Shown: positions 40,224 through 50,006 of the stretch, one piece after another
Position numbering within the stretch: position 1 is the first letter of the stretch
How the letters are laid out: each line of letters begins with the position of its first letter
Assembly: GCA_964586635.1 (NCBI GenBank)
Contig: CAZPGN010000001.1
Coordinates: forward strand, 11,087 to 70,931
DNA from: an uncultured Candidatus Saccharibacteria bacterium
Lineage (GTDB): Bacteria > Patescibacteriota > Minisyncoccia > Phycocordibacterales > CAZPGN01
Reading direction: 5' to 3'
DNA length: 59,845 nt
Position numbers and translations under genes: made by a program
Notes under the pieces: generated by a model
Seen by the model: only the letters and a program-made list of their open reading frames with translations
What the model was told of the DNA's origin: nothing
The model's database searches: none

Positions 40224-42213
40224 GCTCGTCCCGCAACACTGCTGCCGTCTCAAAATCGAGCGCTTTTACGACATCAGACATCTGGTCTTCTTTGTCTTTG
40301 ATAAGTTTCTTAAGTTCCTTTGGCTTGTCGGCGATCGAGGCAATATCAATGCCTGCGAGCAGGTGTCCTGCCTTTTCGTGTTCTGTTTGAATGAGGTCTG
40401 TAATATCAGAGATATTTTTCTTGATGGAGGCGGGCGTTACGCCATGCTTTGCATTGTAGGCGAGCTGTCGTTCACGGCGGCGATTAGTCTCATCAACAGC
40501 GGCTTTTATACTGCCGGTTATTTGGTCGGCATACAAGATGACGCGTCCTGCAACATTGCGCGCCGCGCGGCCGATGGTCTGAATAAGTGCGGTTTGCGAA
40601 CGAAGAAAACCTTCTTTGTCTGCATCTAAAATGGCGACGAGTTCTACCTCTGGCAAATCAAGTCCTTCGCGTAAAAGATTAACTCCGACTAGACAATCGA
40701 ATTCCCCTCTGCGAAATGCTGACAGTATTTTGATGCGCTCGATCGTCTTTATTTCTGAATGGAGATATTCCGCCTTGACGCCGCGCTCCTTAAGGTATGA
40801 TGACAGGTCTTCCGCCATTTTTTTCGTGAGAACCGTCACGAGCGTGCGGGCCTTGCGTGCTGTTACTTTCTCAACTTCCTGAATCATGTCGGCGATCTGT
40901 CCTGCATGCCCATCACGCTCCACGATCGGTCGTATGTCTAACAAAGGGTCGACAAGGCCTGTGGGGCGGATTATTTGTTCCACGATCTGTTTGCTCTCAT
41001 CGTATTCATAGTCGCCGGGTGTTGCTGAAGTGAATATCATCTGTCCGACAAGTCTCTCAAATTCTTCAAAGCGAAGAGGGCGGTTATCGAGCGCTGAAGG
41101 CAGACGGAAACCATGCTGAACGAGCGTTTGCTTGCGAGAGCGGTCTCCAGCGTACATTCCCGCGATTTGCGGAATAGTAACATGCGATTCGTCTACGACG
41201 ACAACAAAATCAGCCGATCCATCAGTTTTTTTCGGAAAATATGAAATAAGTGTATCTGGAGTTTCGCCGACCTTCCGTCCGGAAAAATGACGAGAGTAGT
41301 TTTCGATGCCAGAACAATAACCTGTTTCTTTCATCATTGCGAGATCGTATGTCGTTCGACGTCTAAGCCGCTCCGCCTCGAGCACTTTGTCTTCCTTCTC
41401 GAGTTCGGCGAGACGACCCGCAAGCTCTTCGCGAATGGAATCAAACGCACGTTTTTTCATATCTTCCGGCATTACGAAGTGCTTTGCGGGAAAGATAAAG
41501 ATAGAATCTTCGACCCGAATAACGCTTCTCGTGATCGCGTCAATGCGACGGATACCCGCAATATGCTTTCCAGCAAGCGTTATCTCTATAATTTCATTTT
41601 CCGAGGCGGGCATTATCTCTATGACAGATCCATGTGTCCGAAATGTGCCGGGCTTGAGGTCTGCATTAGTTCGTTCGAAATATATACCAACAAAGGCCTT
41701 CAGCAGACCAAGTCGCTCGAACTCCTCTCCAACAACGAGGCGAAGATTGCTCGCGAGATATTCCTCCGGACTGCCAAGGCCATAAATGCACGAAACCGAT
41801 GCGACGACAATGACATCGCGGCGGGTGAGCAGGGCCTGTGTCGCTCCGTGCCGCAGACGCTCTATTTCCTGATTTATCTTCGCATCTTTCTCGATATATG
41901 TATCGGTAATTGGTAGATATGCTTCCGGCTGATAGTAATCATAATATGAGACAAAATAGTGAACTGCGTTGTCAGGGAAAAAGTCGCGGTATTCCTGCGC
42001 GAGTTGTGCGGCAAGCGTTTTGTTGTGAGCAATGACAAGCCCTGGTTTGCCAATTTCAGCTATGACTTTAGCGGCGGTAAATGTCTTGCCAGAACCAGTT
42101 ACCCCAAGCAATGTCTGCTTGGCAAATCCACGCCGCAAGCCATCAGCAAGCGCGCGTATCGCCTGCGGCTGGTCGCCGTCAGGTTTGAATTGTGATGATA
42201 ATTTAAATTCCAC
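40192..42213 (-). CDS. uvrB: Excinuclease ABC subunit B
   Basis: GVTGSGKT, YYDYYQPEAY, VDESH, LLREGLD, QTIGRAARN, C-terminal UVR; GTG start. Confidence 0.97.
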   Translation of the reverse strand: MEFKLSSQFKPDGDQPQAIRALADGLRRGFAKQTLLGVTGSGKTFTAAKVIAEIGKPGLVIAHNKTLAAQLAQEYRDFFPDNAVHYFVSYYDYYQPEAYLPITDTYIEKDAKINQEIERLRHGATQALLTRRDVIVVASVSCIYGLGSPEEYLASNLRLVVGEEFERLGLLKAFVGIYFERTNADLKPGTFRTHGSVIEIMPASENEIIEITLAGKHIAGIRRIDAITRSVIRVEDSIFIFPAKHFVMPEDMKKRAFDSIREELAGRLAELEKEDKVLEAERLRRRTTYDLAMMKETGYCSGIENYSRHFSGRKVGETPDTLISYFPKKTDGSADFVVVVDESHVTIPQIAGMYAGDRSRKQTLVQHGFRLPSALDNRPLRFEEFERLVGQMIFTSATPGDYEYDESKQIVEQIIRPTGLVDPLLDIRPIVERDGHAGQIADMIQEVEKVTARKARTLVTVLTKKMAEDLSSYLKERGVKAEYLHSEIKTIERIKILSAFRRGEFDCLVGVNLLREGLDLPEVELVAILDADKEGFLRSQTALIQTIGRAARNVAGRVILYADQITGSIKAAVDETNRRRERQLAYNAKHGVTPASIKKNISDITDLIQTEHEKAGHLLAGIDIASIADKPKELKKLIKDKEDQMSDVVKALDFETAAVLRDELKELRTLISA

Positions 42214-42247
42214 AGAGACATGTCTCTCCTATTACGGCCTTCTCTGT

Positions 42248-44224
42248 TTATGCGTCCACTGTTGCCAATTTTGCGTTCGTTTGAATGAAAAGCTTGCGTG
42301 GCGCCACTTCAGAGCCCATGAGAACATTGAATGTCTTATCGGCCGCCTCTGCGTCCTCGACAGTAATGCGTTTTAGTACTCGCGTTTCGGGATTCATGGT
42401 CGTTTCCCACAATTCATCCGGATTCATCTCTCCAAGACCCTTGTAGCGTTGGATTGAATAGGCAGAGGCATCTCGGCCGACTATTTTTTCTTTCTGGCTA
42501 TCACTATATGCATAATTCACTTCCTTGCCTTTTTTAATTTTATACAGTGGCGGTTGTGCGATATATATATTGCCCGAGTCAATGAGCGCACGGAAGTATC
42601 GGTAAAAGAGAGTAAGCAGGAGCGTCCGAATGTGTGCGCCGTCAACATCAGCATCGGTCGCAATGATTACTTTATGATATCGAAGCTTTTCGATCTCAAA
42701 TGTATCGCCAATCGCGGTACCAAGGGCGATAATAAGAGACTTAATCTCTTCAGATGAAAGCATTTTATCGAGGCGAGCTTTCTCAACATTTAGAATCTTA
42801 CCCTTGAGCGGCAGTATTGCTTGGGTGCGGCGGTCCCGTCCCATTTTACTTGATCCTCCAGCGCTGTCCCCCTCTACTATGAACAGCTCGGCTTCGTCTC
42901 TGCTGCGAGTCTGGCAATCAGCAAGCTTGCCGGGGAGCGTCATACCTTCGAGCGCGCCTTTACGGAGCACAGTTTCCTTTGCCGCTTTCGCTGCCTTTCG
43001 AGCGCGCATCGCAAGCAGTATTTTGTTTATAATTGCGCGGGCATCTTCTGGATGTTCTTCGAGATATATGCCAAACGCGTCACTAAAAACAGATTCCACC
43101 GCAGTCCGTGCTTCGGGACTTCCGAGTTTTGCTTTGGTCTGTCCTTCAAATTGCGCATTCTGCATTTTTACCGATATGACCGCTATAAGTCCTTCACGCA
43201 CGTCCTCGGCAGTGAATGCGTCACCGTCCTTCTGGCTTATATTTTTCTTAGCATAGGCATTAAGCGTGCGTGTCAACACGGCGCGAAATCCAGTCAGATG
43301 CATGCCGCCTTCTGGCGTAGCTGTGTTGTTCGCAAAACTAACCTCCCTGCCTGTAATATCATCGATATACTGTAGCGCAATCTCAACGAAGATATTTTCC
43401 TGCTCTTTGTCTACATAAAAAATAGAACGATTTATCGCCTTTTCACCAAGATTATAAAAATTGATGAGCGACAATAATCCTCCCTCAAAATAAAACGAAT
43501 GCAATGGAACATCGACCGCGAGGTCTTTAAAATAAAAAACTGAATCAATCTTTTTTAACGCGCCATTAAGATCCGCATCGCGGGCATCTAGTATGCGTAC
43601 GCGGAGTTTCTTAGTCAGATACGCCTGTTCGCGCAGATGATTGATGATACGGTGGCGGTCAAATTCAAGAGCAGAGAAGATCTCCGGATCTGGCTTGAAT
43701 AGGACAATGGTGCCGTGCTTTCTAGATGCGCTCACTTTCTTCACCGCCGAAACCTTCTTGCCGCGCCGATATTCCTGCATATACAAACCTCCATCCCGAT
43801 GCACGAATACTCTCATCCACTCCGAAAGCGCGTTTACCACAGATGCGCCTACGCCATGCAGGCCTCCCGCGATTTTATAACTTTCAGAGTCGAACTTTCC
43901 ACCGGCGTGAAGAACGGTCATAACAGTCTCGAGTGCGGACACTTTTGTTTTTTTATGGACATCAATGGGTATGCCTCGGCCATTGTCAGCGACTCGAACA
44001 ACGCCGTCAGGGAGTAATGCAACTTCCACTTCATCTGCGAATCCTCCCATCGCCTCATCACGGCCATTGTCAAAGATCTCGACAAGCATGTGATGCAAGC
44101 CATCGGGCCCTGTCGAGCCGATATACATGCCGGGCCGCTTACGAACAGCCTCAAGCCCTTCAAGCACCGTGATTTGTTCGGCCCCATACAATGGGGCCTT
44201 TTTCGACACTTTTCTTGCCGCCAT
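42248..44224 (-). CDS. gyrB: DNA gyrase subunit B
   Basis: EAVRKRPGMYIG, DNGRGIP, GGLHGVG, EGDSAGG, PLKGK, DADVDG, RYKGLGEMN. Confidence 0.97.
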   Translation of the reverse strand: MAARKVSKKAPLYGAEQITVLEGLEAVRKRPGMYIGSTGPDGLHHMLVEIFDNGRDEAMGGFADEVEVALLPDGVVRVADNGRGIPIDVHKKTKVSALETVMTVLHAGGKFDSESYKIAGGLHGVGASVVNALSEWMRVFVHRDGGLYMQEYRRGKKVSAVKKVSASRKHGTIVLFKPDPEIFSALEFDRHRIINHLREQAYLTKKLRVRILDARDADLNGALKKIDSVFYFKDLAVDVPLHSFYFEGGLLSLINFYNLGEKAINRSIFYVDKEQENIFVEIALQYIDDITGREVSFANNTATPEGGMHLTGFRAVLTRTLNAYAKKNISQKDGDAFTAEDVREGLIAVISVKMQNAQFEGQTKAKLGSPEARTAVESVFSDAFGIYLEEHPEDARAIINKILLAMRARKAAKAAKETVLRKGALEGMTLPGKLADCQTRSRDEAELFIVEGDSAGGSSKMGRDRRTQAILPLKGKILNVEKARLDKMLSSEEIKSLIIALGTAIGDTFEIEKLRYHKVIIATDADVDGAHIRTLLLTLFYRYFRALIDSGNIYIAQPPLYKIKKGKEVNYAYSDSQKEKIVGRDASAYSIQRYKGLGEMNPDELWETTMNPETRVLKRITVEDAEAADKTFNVLMGSEVAPRKLFIQTNAKLATVDA

Positions 44225-44268
44225 ATTGTTTTGTATTATAGCATATTTTGCTCCGAAATGCTAGCTAG

Positions 44269-46209
44269 TTAACGAATCTCCCAACCTTCTTTTCGAGCCG
44301 CCGAGGCATAGAGCGGAGCCATGAGCGCATTAACCTCGTCATCTGTAAGAGTGCGGTCAGGTGCCTGAAAAACAATCCGGTATGCGTACGAGGTGCGGCC
44401 GTTCTTTGTATACGAGTCAAAAAGAGTTACTCTCTTCTTTAACGCTGTATCATTCTCTGCAATGAGACTTTCTAATTCAGTCGAATCCGCGCCTTCAGGC
44501 ATCCATACAGCAATATCGCGCGTAATGAAAGGGTATTGAGAAATTGGTTCATATACTATGTGCTCCGCTGAAATACGAACAAGGTCTTCATAATTTGCTG
44601 GTTCGGACAGTTTATCAAAGAACATCGTCAAATCTATTTCAGCACATCGGCCACTCCGCATAGGTTCGCATTGCGCACCAAGCGTATCGTTAAGAACATG
44701 GATCGCTGGCTCTATGTTTAGTTTCTTCCCATTTTTGTCCCCGCCGCACATTGCAAGAGTTGTCCATTCGCGATCTTTATTGAATACATTGCCAATCTCA
44801 AATATTTTCACTTGTTCAATACCAAGGAGATCAGCGTTTTTTATATTTTCATCGAGCTTCTGTTCCAAGCTGTGCGAAAGCTCATGTCGCATAAATCGTT
44901 TATTGTCCGCGATAGGATTCTCAATCGCAACATGCGCATCAGTATCGCCATCGCCAACAAACGAATATGTGTATACCTCACTGAATCCGCAAGAGATGAG
45001 AGTTTGACGGATGAGCTCGCTGTAATAATACTTCTTCAAGACACGCGGGATTAATACGGAACTAGGCGCAACCTCAGCGATTCTGTCATATCCGACAATC
45101 CGCCCGATTTCCTCAATAAGATCTGCTGATACGCCCCCGCTCCACTCACCTCTGCCTGGATTCATGAGATCAAGTCGTTCGGCGGGAATTGAAACAAAAA
45201 ATCTGTCGTCCTCCTTTCTGTATCTAAAACCTGCGCGAGTCATTCGTTGCAGGACTAAAGCCATGTCCTGTTCGACAAGAGTAGTGCCGAGCAGGGCGTT
45301 CGTCTCATGCACGCTCGCAGAAATCTCTACGGGCATCGCTTTATGAGGATACTCATCAAGTATGTCCTTGGTTGCCTGTCCGCCAGATGTTTCGATTACA
45401 AGTGTCGTAAGCCGCTCAATGCCGACACCTACGAGCTCCGTCGTAAGCTCCTGCCTGAAACGCTTGGCGGCGTCGGTAACTAATTTCAATCTATCGCTTG
45501 TTTTGCGGATATTTGTTGCATTAAAATTACAGACAGACAAAAGTACATTCTTTGTACTTTTATCGATCGCCGCTCGAGCGCCTCCCTTCACTCCAGCAAC
45601 ATCAAGTGCGCCAGCATCATCAGCGATAACGAGCATCGATGGTTCGAGTGAATATTCAATCCCGTCAAGCAAGACGATCTTTTCATTATCTCTTGCGTGG
45701 CGGATGTATATATTTTTTGCTCCCATTCCAGCGATTTTGTCATAATCGAAGGCGTGCACCGGCTGACCCATCTCGAATGTGACATAATTCGTGGCGTCCA
45801 CTATATTGTTGATTGAACGCTGACCAATGGCGACGAGTCGTCTTTTCATCCACTCGCTCGAATCGCCAACCGTCACATTTTTGATCACGCGCTTGCTCGC
45901 ACGACGCACCAGACCATCCTCTGGTATTCGAAGCGTCAGCAATGTCGGCATGCGTTCGATATCATATGCAATATTAGCCTCGCTTGAGGGCATCACTATC
46001 TCGCGATCAAGCAATACCGCAATTTCTCGCGCAACACCGAGATGACAAAGCGAATCATGTCCTCGATTTGGCAGAATATCTATGACCAACGACTCCTCGG
46101 CGATTTCTTCAACTTCATATGCGTGCGCAGTCAAAAGTCCTGCCAGCTCACGTATTTCAGGAAGCGGTTCAGCAAAGAAGGACTGGAGCCATTCGTATGA
46201 GATATTCAT
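44269..46209 (-). CDS. pheT: Phe-tRNA synthetase beta subunit, lacking the B2 OB-fold
   Basis: ISYEWL, PNRG, INNIVDATNY, GQPVHAFD, DLIEEIGR, C-terminal anticodon-binding domain; 646 aa. Confidence 0.95.
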   Translation of the reverse strand: MNISYEWLQSFFAEPLPEIRELAGLLTAHAYEVEEIAEESLVIDILPNRGHDSLCHLGVAREIAVLLDREIVMPSSEANIAYDIERMPTLLTLRIPEDGLVRRASKRVIKNVTVGDSSEWMKRRLVAIGQRSINNIVDATNYVTFEMGQPVHAFDYDKIAGMGAKNIYIRHARDNEKIVLLDGIEYSLEPSMLVIADDAGALDVAGVKGGARAAIDKSTKNVLLSVCNFNATNIRKTSDRLKLVTDAAKRFRQELTTELVGVGIERLTTLVIETSGGQATKDILDEYPHKAMPVEISASVHETNALLGTTLVEQDMALVLQRMTRAGFRYRKEDDRFFVSIPAERLDLMNPGRGEWSGGVSADLIEEIGRIVGYDRIAEVAPSSVLIPRVLKKYYYSELIRQTLISCGFSEVYTYSFVGDGDTDAHVAIENPIADNKRFMRHELSHSLEQKLDENIKNADLLGIEQVKIFEIGNVFNKDREWTTLAMCGGDKNGKKLNIEPAIHVLNDTLGAQCEPMRSGRCAEIDLTMFFDKLSEPANYEDLVRISAEHIVYEPISQYPFITRDIAVWMPEGADSTELESLIAENDTALKKRVTLFDSYTKNGRTSYAYRIVFQAPDRTLTDDEVNALMAPLYASAARKEGWEIR

Positions 46210-46218
46210 AACTGCATA

Positions 46219-46950
46219 TCAAAACTGATTCACTAGCCGCAGGTCGCCGTCGTAGAATAGGCGAATGTCATCAATGCCGTATTTCAACATTGTCATACGA
46301 TCCACGCCTCCTCCGAATGCAAATCCAGAATACTTACGAGGATCAATGCCGACTCCATAAAGCACCTGCGGATGCACCATCCCAGCGCCCATGATCTCTA
46401 CCCATCCACTCTGCTTGCAAAGCGAACAACCACTGCCACCGCACTTGAAACATGACATGTCTATCTCGACACCGGGCTCAACAAAAGGGAAATAACTTGG
46501 TCTCAAACGTACGCGTGTCTGTGTGTTGAAAAAACGCGAGAAGAAATTGGCGAGTGTGCCCTTCAAATGCCCGAGCGTTATGCCCGCACCGACCATAAGG
46601 CCTTCGATCTGATGGAATTGGGCTTCATGCGTAGCATCGGTTGCCTCATATCGAAATGTTTTACCCGGCACCACAATGGCAAGAGGTGGCCTGTGAGTCT
46701 CCATATAGCGTATCTGCACGGGTGATGTATGTGTTCGCAGCAGTTTGCCGAGCGAGCGCGGTTGTATCCAAAATGTATCCCAGAGATCGCGAGCTGGGTG
46801 TTCTGCAGGAATATTGAGTGCGTCAAAATTGTAGTGCTCGGTCTCTATCTCGGGACCATCCGCAACCGCAAAACCGAGCGCCGTAAGGATCTCCACCATC
46901 TCACGAATTGATCTCGAAAGCGGATGTCTATGCCCTGGTTCGGTTATCAT
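46219..46950 (-). CDS. pheS: Phe-tRNA synthetase alpha subunit, catalytic core only (no N-terminal coiled coil)
   Basis: [41 protein letters not shown] 46950; tRNA-Thr lies immediately upstream. Confidence 0.95.
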   Translation of the reverse strand: MITEPGHRHPLSRSIREMVEILTALGFAVADGPEIETEHYNFDALNIPAEHPARDLWDTFWIQPRSLGKLLRTHTSPVQIRYMETHRPPLAIVVPGKTFRYEATDATHEAQFHQIEGLMVGAGITLGHLKGTLANFFSRFFNTQTRVRLRPSYFPFVEPGVEIDMSCFKCGGSGCSLCKQSGWVEIMGAGMVHPQVLYGVGIDPRKYSGFAFGGGVDRMTMLKYGIDDIRLFYDGDLRLVNQF

Positions 46951-47033
46951 ATTCGAAGTTAAGTATAGCAAATAATGCCAGCACGAATAAGCCTGCCATC
47001 AATTCATTCGTCAAAAATCGGAAAGCCTAATCT

Positions 47034-47109
47034 TGGAGCCGCCTCGCGGGCTCGAACCGCGGACCTATAGTTTACAAAACTATTGCTCTACCAACTGAGC
47101 TAAGGCGGC
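47034..47109 (-). tRNA. tRNA-Thr(TGT) with encoded CCA
   Basis: Canonical 76-nt cloverleaf; anticodon arm ATAGT-TT-TGT-AA-ACTAT; U73; CCA. Confidence 0.97.
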
Positions 47110-47116
47110 TGTTAGT

Positions 47117-47485
47117 TTAACGCGTTTTCCGGTGCTCATTCAGATTGCGCAGGAAAAGTGATGTGGCGCCTCGATTGTCTCGCATCATGTTCTTACCCCT
47201 GATGACACGCGAGAGGCGCGTCAGCTGTCGACCGCTTTTTTCTGCGGCATGGTATGTAAGATACTGCACCCATGCATTCAACCGAGCAAGTATTGGGGTA
47301 ATGTGCATACCAATCGCTCGAAGCGTGGAACGGACTTTTTTGTCAGTAAATTGCGCGAGTTGGTCAAAGCCGGATGTCGATCGGACAGAGATGCCTTCCC
47401 TTTCTCGGATGGCGGCCATTTTTCGGTATACAAGGAACAGCACACCGAATAGCGAAATATACAACAGAACAAGAAAAAGAGCCAT
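47117..47485 (-). CDS. Hypothetical membrane-anchored basic protein
   Basis: N-terminal TM helix, Arg/Lys-rich remainder; TATACT 11 nt upstream. Confidence 0.75.
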   Translation of the reverse strand: MALFLVLLYISLFGVLFLVYRKMAAIREREGISVRSTSGFDQLAQFTDKKVRSTLRAIGMHITPILARLNAWVQYLTYHAAEKSGRQLTRLSRVIRGKNMMRDNRGATSLFLRNLNEHRKTR

Positions 47486-47510
47486 ATTGTGTAGTTAGTA
47501 TAAGTATACC

Positions 47511-47969
47511 TTAATTGCCAAGAACCGAGAAGCGGGAGAAGCGGGATATCTCCGTCCGTTCGCCAAATTTCTGAACATTCGATGATATGAGGTCAGCGAC
47601 AGTTTTCGACGGATCCTTCACAAATGGTTGTGCCGCCAACTCTTCCGTATTTTCAGGAGCCATAGCCGCAACATGCATTACGAGATCGGAAGCCAGGGCT
47701 TTGAATTCAGGATTTTTCGCTACGAAATCTGTCTCGCAATTAAGCTCAAGAAGTGCTCCGATGGCGCCTCCCGTGTGGATATATGAGGCAACGACGCCCG
47801 CTCCAAGCGCTCGACCGCTCTTCTTTTGCGCGATCGCGGAGCTTTGCTTTTGTAATACGAAGAGTGCCTTTTCCATGTCGCCCTTGGCCTCCTCGAGCGC
47901 TTGACGACATTGCATCACGGACACCCCAGTTTTGTCTCGTAATGCCTTGATTGTATCAATGGAAATCAT
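47511..47969 (-). CDS. tsf: Elongation factor Ts, short form (152 aa)
   Basis: IKALRDKTGVSVMQCRQAL, ELNCETDFVA, QPFVKD, GE..I.RF.RF. Confidence 0.95.
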   Translation of the reverse strand: MISIDTIKALRDKTGVSVMQCRQALEEAKGDMEKALFVLQKQSSAIAQKKSGRALGAGVVASYIHTGGAIGALLELNCETDFVAKNPEFKALASDLVMHVAAMAPENTEELAAQPFVKDPSKTVADLISSNVQKFGERTEISRFSRFSVLGN

Positions 47970-47980
47970 GGGGGTTTGGA

Positions 47981-48730
47981 TTATTTCTCGATTGATTCCA
48001 GCGCAACAACTTCAGGGAGAGCCGCGCGTTTTAAACCGCGCTCGTATGCGCCCATGAGACGGTTTACGAGAAAGTGAATGGAGGACGGGGAGGCATCATT
48101 TGCGACAATAGGATATGCGATGCCCGAAATATCGCAATCCGAACCTGCAACAGCAAAAATTGGTACATGCTTCGCCTGGGCTTCGCGAACTGCGGTGTCC
48201 TCGTATCGCGGATCAACGATGACGATCGCATCTGGGACCCGCGCGAGAGAGCGAATGCCGCCGAAGTTCTGTTCCAGCTTCTCTGCTTCCTTTGCAATCA
48301 TTCCTTGTTCACGCTTCGTATATACGGACAGTTCGCCAGTTGTTGTCTTCGTTTCAATTTCATCAAGCCGCTTCAGTCGTTTTGCAATTTCTGAAAAATT
48401 GGTGAGTGTGCCGCCGATCCAACGATGCGCAACGAACGGCGCGCCGATGTTCCGTGCTCCTTCTCTCACTATGGCCTGCGCCTCTTTTTTATTTCCAACG
48501 AACAGCACAATCTTTTTTTCTGCCCCGATTTCTTCGATAGCCTGCTCTGCCCGAGACATGAGTTGTATGGTTTGAGAAAGATCGAGGATGTCGATCGAAT
48601 TCTTTGCTCCATAAATGTATTGTCGTACGGATGGATGTCTGCGCGAGCGCGCAAAACCATAATGCGCTCCCGATGCAAAAAGCTCCTCAACGAGAGGGTT
48701 TTGCGTAATTTCAGCGCTTTCGGTCATCAT
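47981..48730 (-). CDS. rpsB: 30S ribosomal protein S2
   Basis: GAHYG, RHPSV..YIYG, LFVGNK, RWIGGTLTNF, PIVANDAS; ATG 48730. Confidence 0.95.
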   Translation of the reverse strand: MMTESAEITQNPLVEELFASGAHYGFARSRRHPSVRQYIYGAKNSIDILDLSQTIQLMSRAEQAIEEIGAEKKIVLFVGNKKEAQAIVREGARNIGAPFVAHRWIGGTLTNFSEIAKRLKRLDEIETKTTTGELSVYTKREQGMIAKEAEKLEQNFGGIRSLARVPDAIVIVDPRYEDTAVREAQAKHVPIFAVAGSDCDISGIAYPIVANDASPSSIHFLVNRLMGAYERGLKRAALPEVVALESIEK

Positions 48731-48749
48731 AGGCATTGATGATAGCAAA

Positions 48750-49697
48750 TTATTCAGTTCGATGCAACGCGGAGATAATGGCATCAATATCACCACCTAG
48801 TATATTCTCAATATTGTGCCAGGATTCCTTTATTCGATGGTCGGTGACCCGATCCTGCAATATGTTGTATGTCCGTATTTTTTCCGAACGATCCCCGGTG
48901 CCTATCTGCCCTCGCCGCAGAGCGGCTTCTTTGACAGATTCCTCCGTATGCATGTGATCGCTCACCTTCGCCAGCAATATTTCCATCGCTTTTTCTCTAT
49001 TTCTTTGTTGACTTCGTTCACTAGTGCTACGAACCGCTATTCCCGTCGGTTTATGCACCAAACGCACCGCCGTCTCAACTTTGTTCACATTCTGACCGCC
49101 TGCTCCGCCGGAGCGTGAGAAATCCATTTCAATGTCCGTGGGTGAGATTGTAATATCAGACTTCTCCCGCAGTGGCATAATAACGACAGATGCTGTAGAG
49201 GTATGAATGCGACCAGATTTTTCAGTTGCCGGAACCCTTTGAACGCGATGAACGCCTGTTTCAAAGCGGAGCGCTTCATATGCATCCTTACCCTCCACTT
49301 CAAATATCGCTTCCTTGTATCCACCGCCCTCGGAACGGGATTCATCGACAGACATGAATTTCCAGCCCTTCCGCTCCGCATATCGCGAGTACATGCGAGC
49401 AATGTCGGCGGCAAAAATCGATGCCTCATCGCCACCGGCGCCCGCGCGAATTTCAAGCAGAAGTTTTTTCGGGTACAGTACCCGCGTTTCGTCTGCGGTG
49501 ACGATTTCCTGCATTTTCTCGGCGAGGGCGCGCATCCCTTCCTCGAGCTCTTCAAGCTCAACGCGAGCGAGCTCACGAAGATCCGAGTCGTCTGACTCGG
49601 CAACAGTTTTCGTCTCTTCTGCGCGTTGTACTAGCCGATCATATTCCTCGGCGTAAAATGCAGTTTTTGGATTCTCTCTAAAAGAGGAGATGTCCAT
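48750..49697 (-). CDS. prfA: Peptide chain release factor 1 (shortened termini)
   Basis: [19 protein letters not shown] (PxT), [20 protein letters not shown]. Confidence 0.95.
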   Translation of the reverse strand: MDISSFRENPKTAFYAEEYDRLVQRAEETKTVAESDDSDLRELARVELEELEEGMRALAEKMQEIVTADETRVLYPKKLLLEIRAGAGGDEASIFAADIARMYSRYAERKGWKFMSVDESRSEGGGYKEAIFEVEGKDAYEALRFETGVHRVQRVPATEKSGRIHTSTASVVIMPLREKSDITISPTDIEMDFSRSGGAGGQNVNKVETAVRLVHKPTGIAVRSTSERSQQRNREKAMEILLAKVSDHMHTEESVKEAALRRGQIGTGDRSEKIRTYNILQDRVTDHRIKESWHNIENILGGDIDAIISALHRTE

Positions 49698-49724
49698 TGA
49701 GAATGCGCGAGGTGCGCGCAGTAT

Positions 49725-49967
49725 CTAGGCGGCCTTCTTTTTTTTAGGCTTCGCTTGCGTGGCGGCGGCTTTTGACTGTCGAACCTTGAACTTTTCAACA
49801 CGCCCTGCAGTGTCCACGATTTTTTCAAGGCCCGTAAAAAATGGGTGGCAGTCGCCACAAATCTCAACAGATATATCGGGTCTGGTTGAGCCGACCTCAA
49901 ATGCGCTTCCGCACGAACACGACACTTTCGCATTTGGGAAGTATGTTGGGTGAATTTCCGCCTTCAT
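49725..49967 (-). CDS. rpmE: 50S ribosomal protein L31, Zn-binding type
   Basis: [29 protein letters not shown]. Confidence 0.96.
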   Translation of the reverse strand: MKAEIHPTYFPNAKVSCSCGSAFEVGSTRPDISVEICGDCHPFFTGLEKIVDTAGRVEKFKVRQSKAAATQAKPKKKKAA

Positions 49968-49976
49968 AACGCGATC

Positions 49977-50006
49977 ACGATAGCATGTGTTATATTTGCG
50001 CGTCAA
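49977..50006 (-). promoter_or_regulatory. Sigma70 promoter of rpmE
   Basis: TTGACG-18 bp-(TGc)TATCGT, 9 nt before the ATG. Confidence 0.65.
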
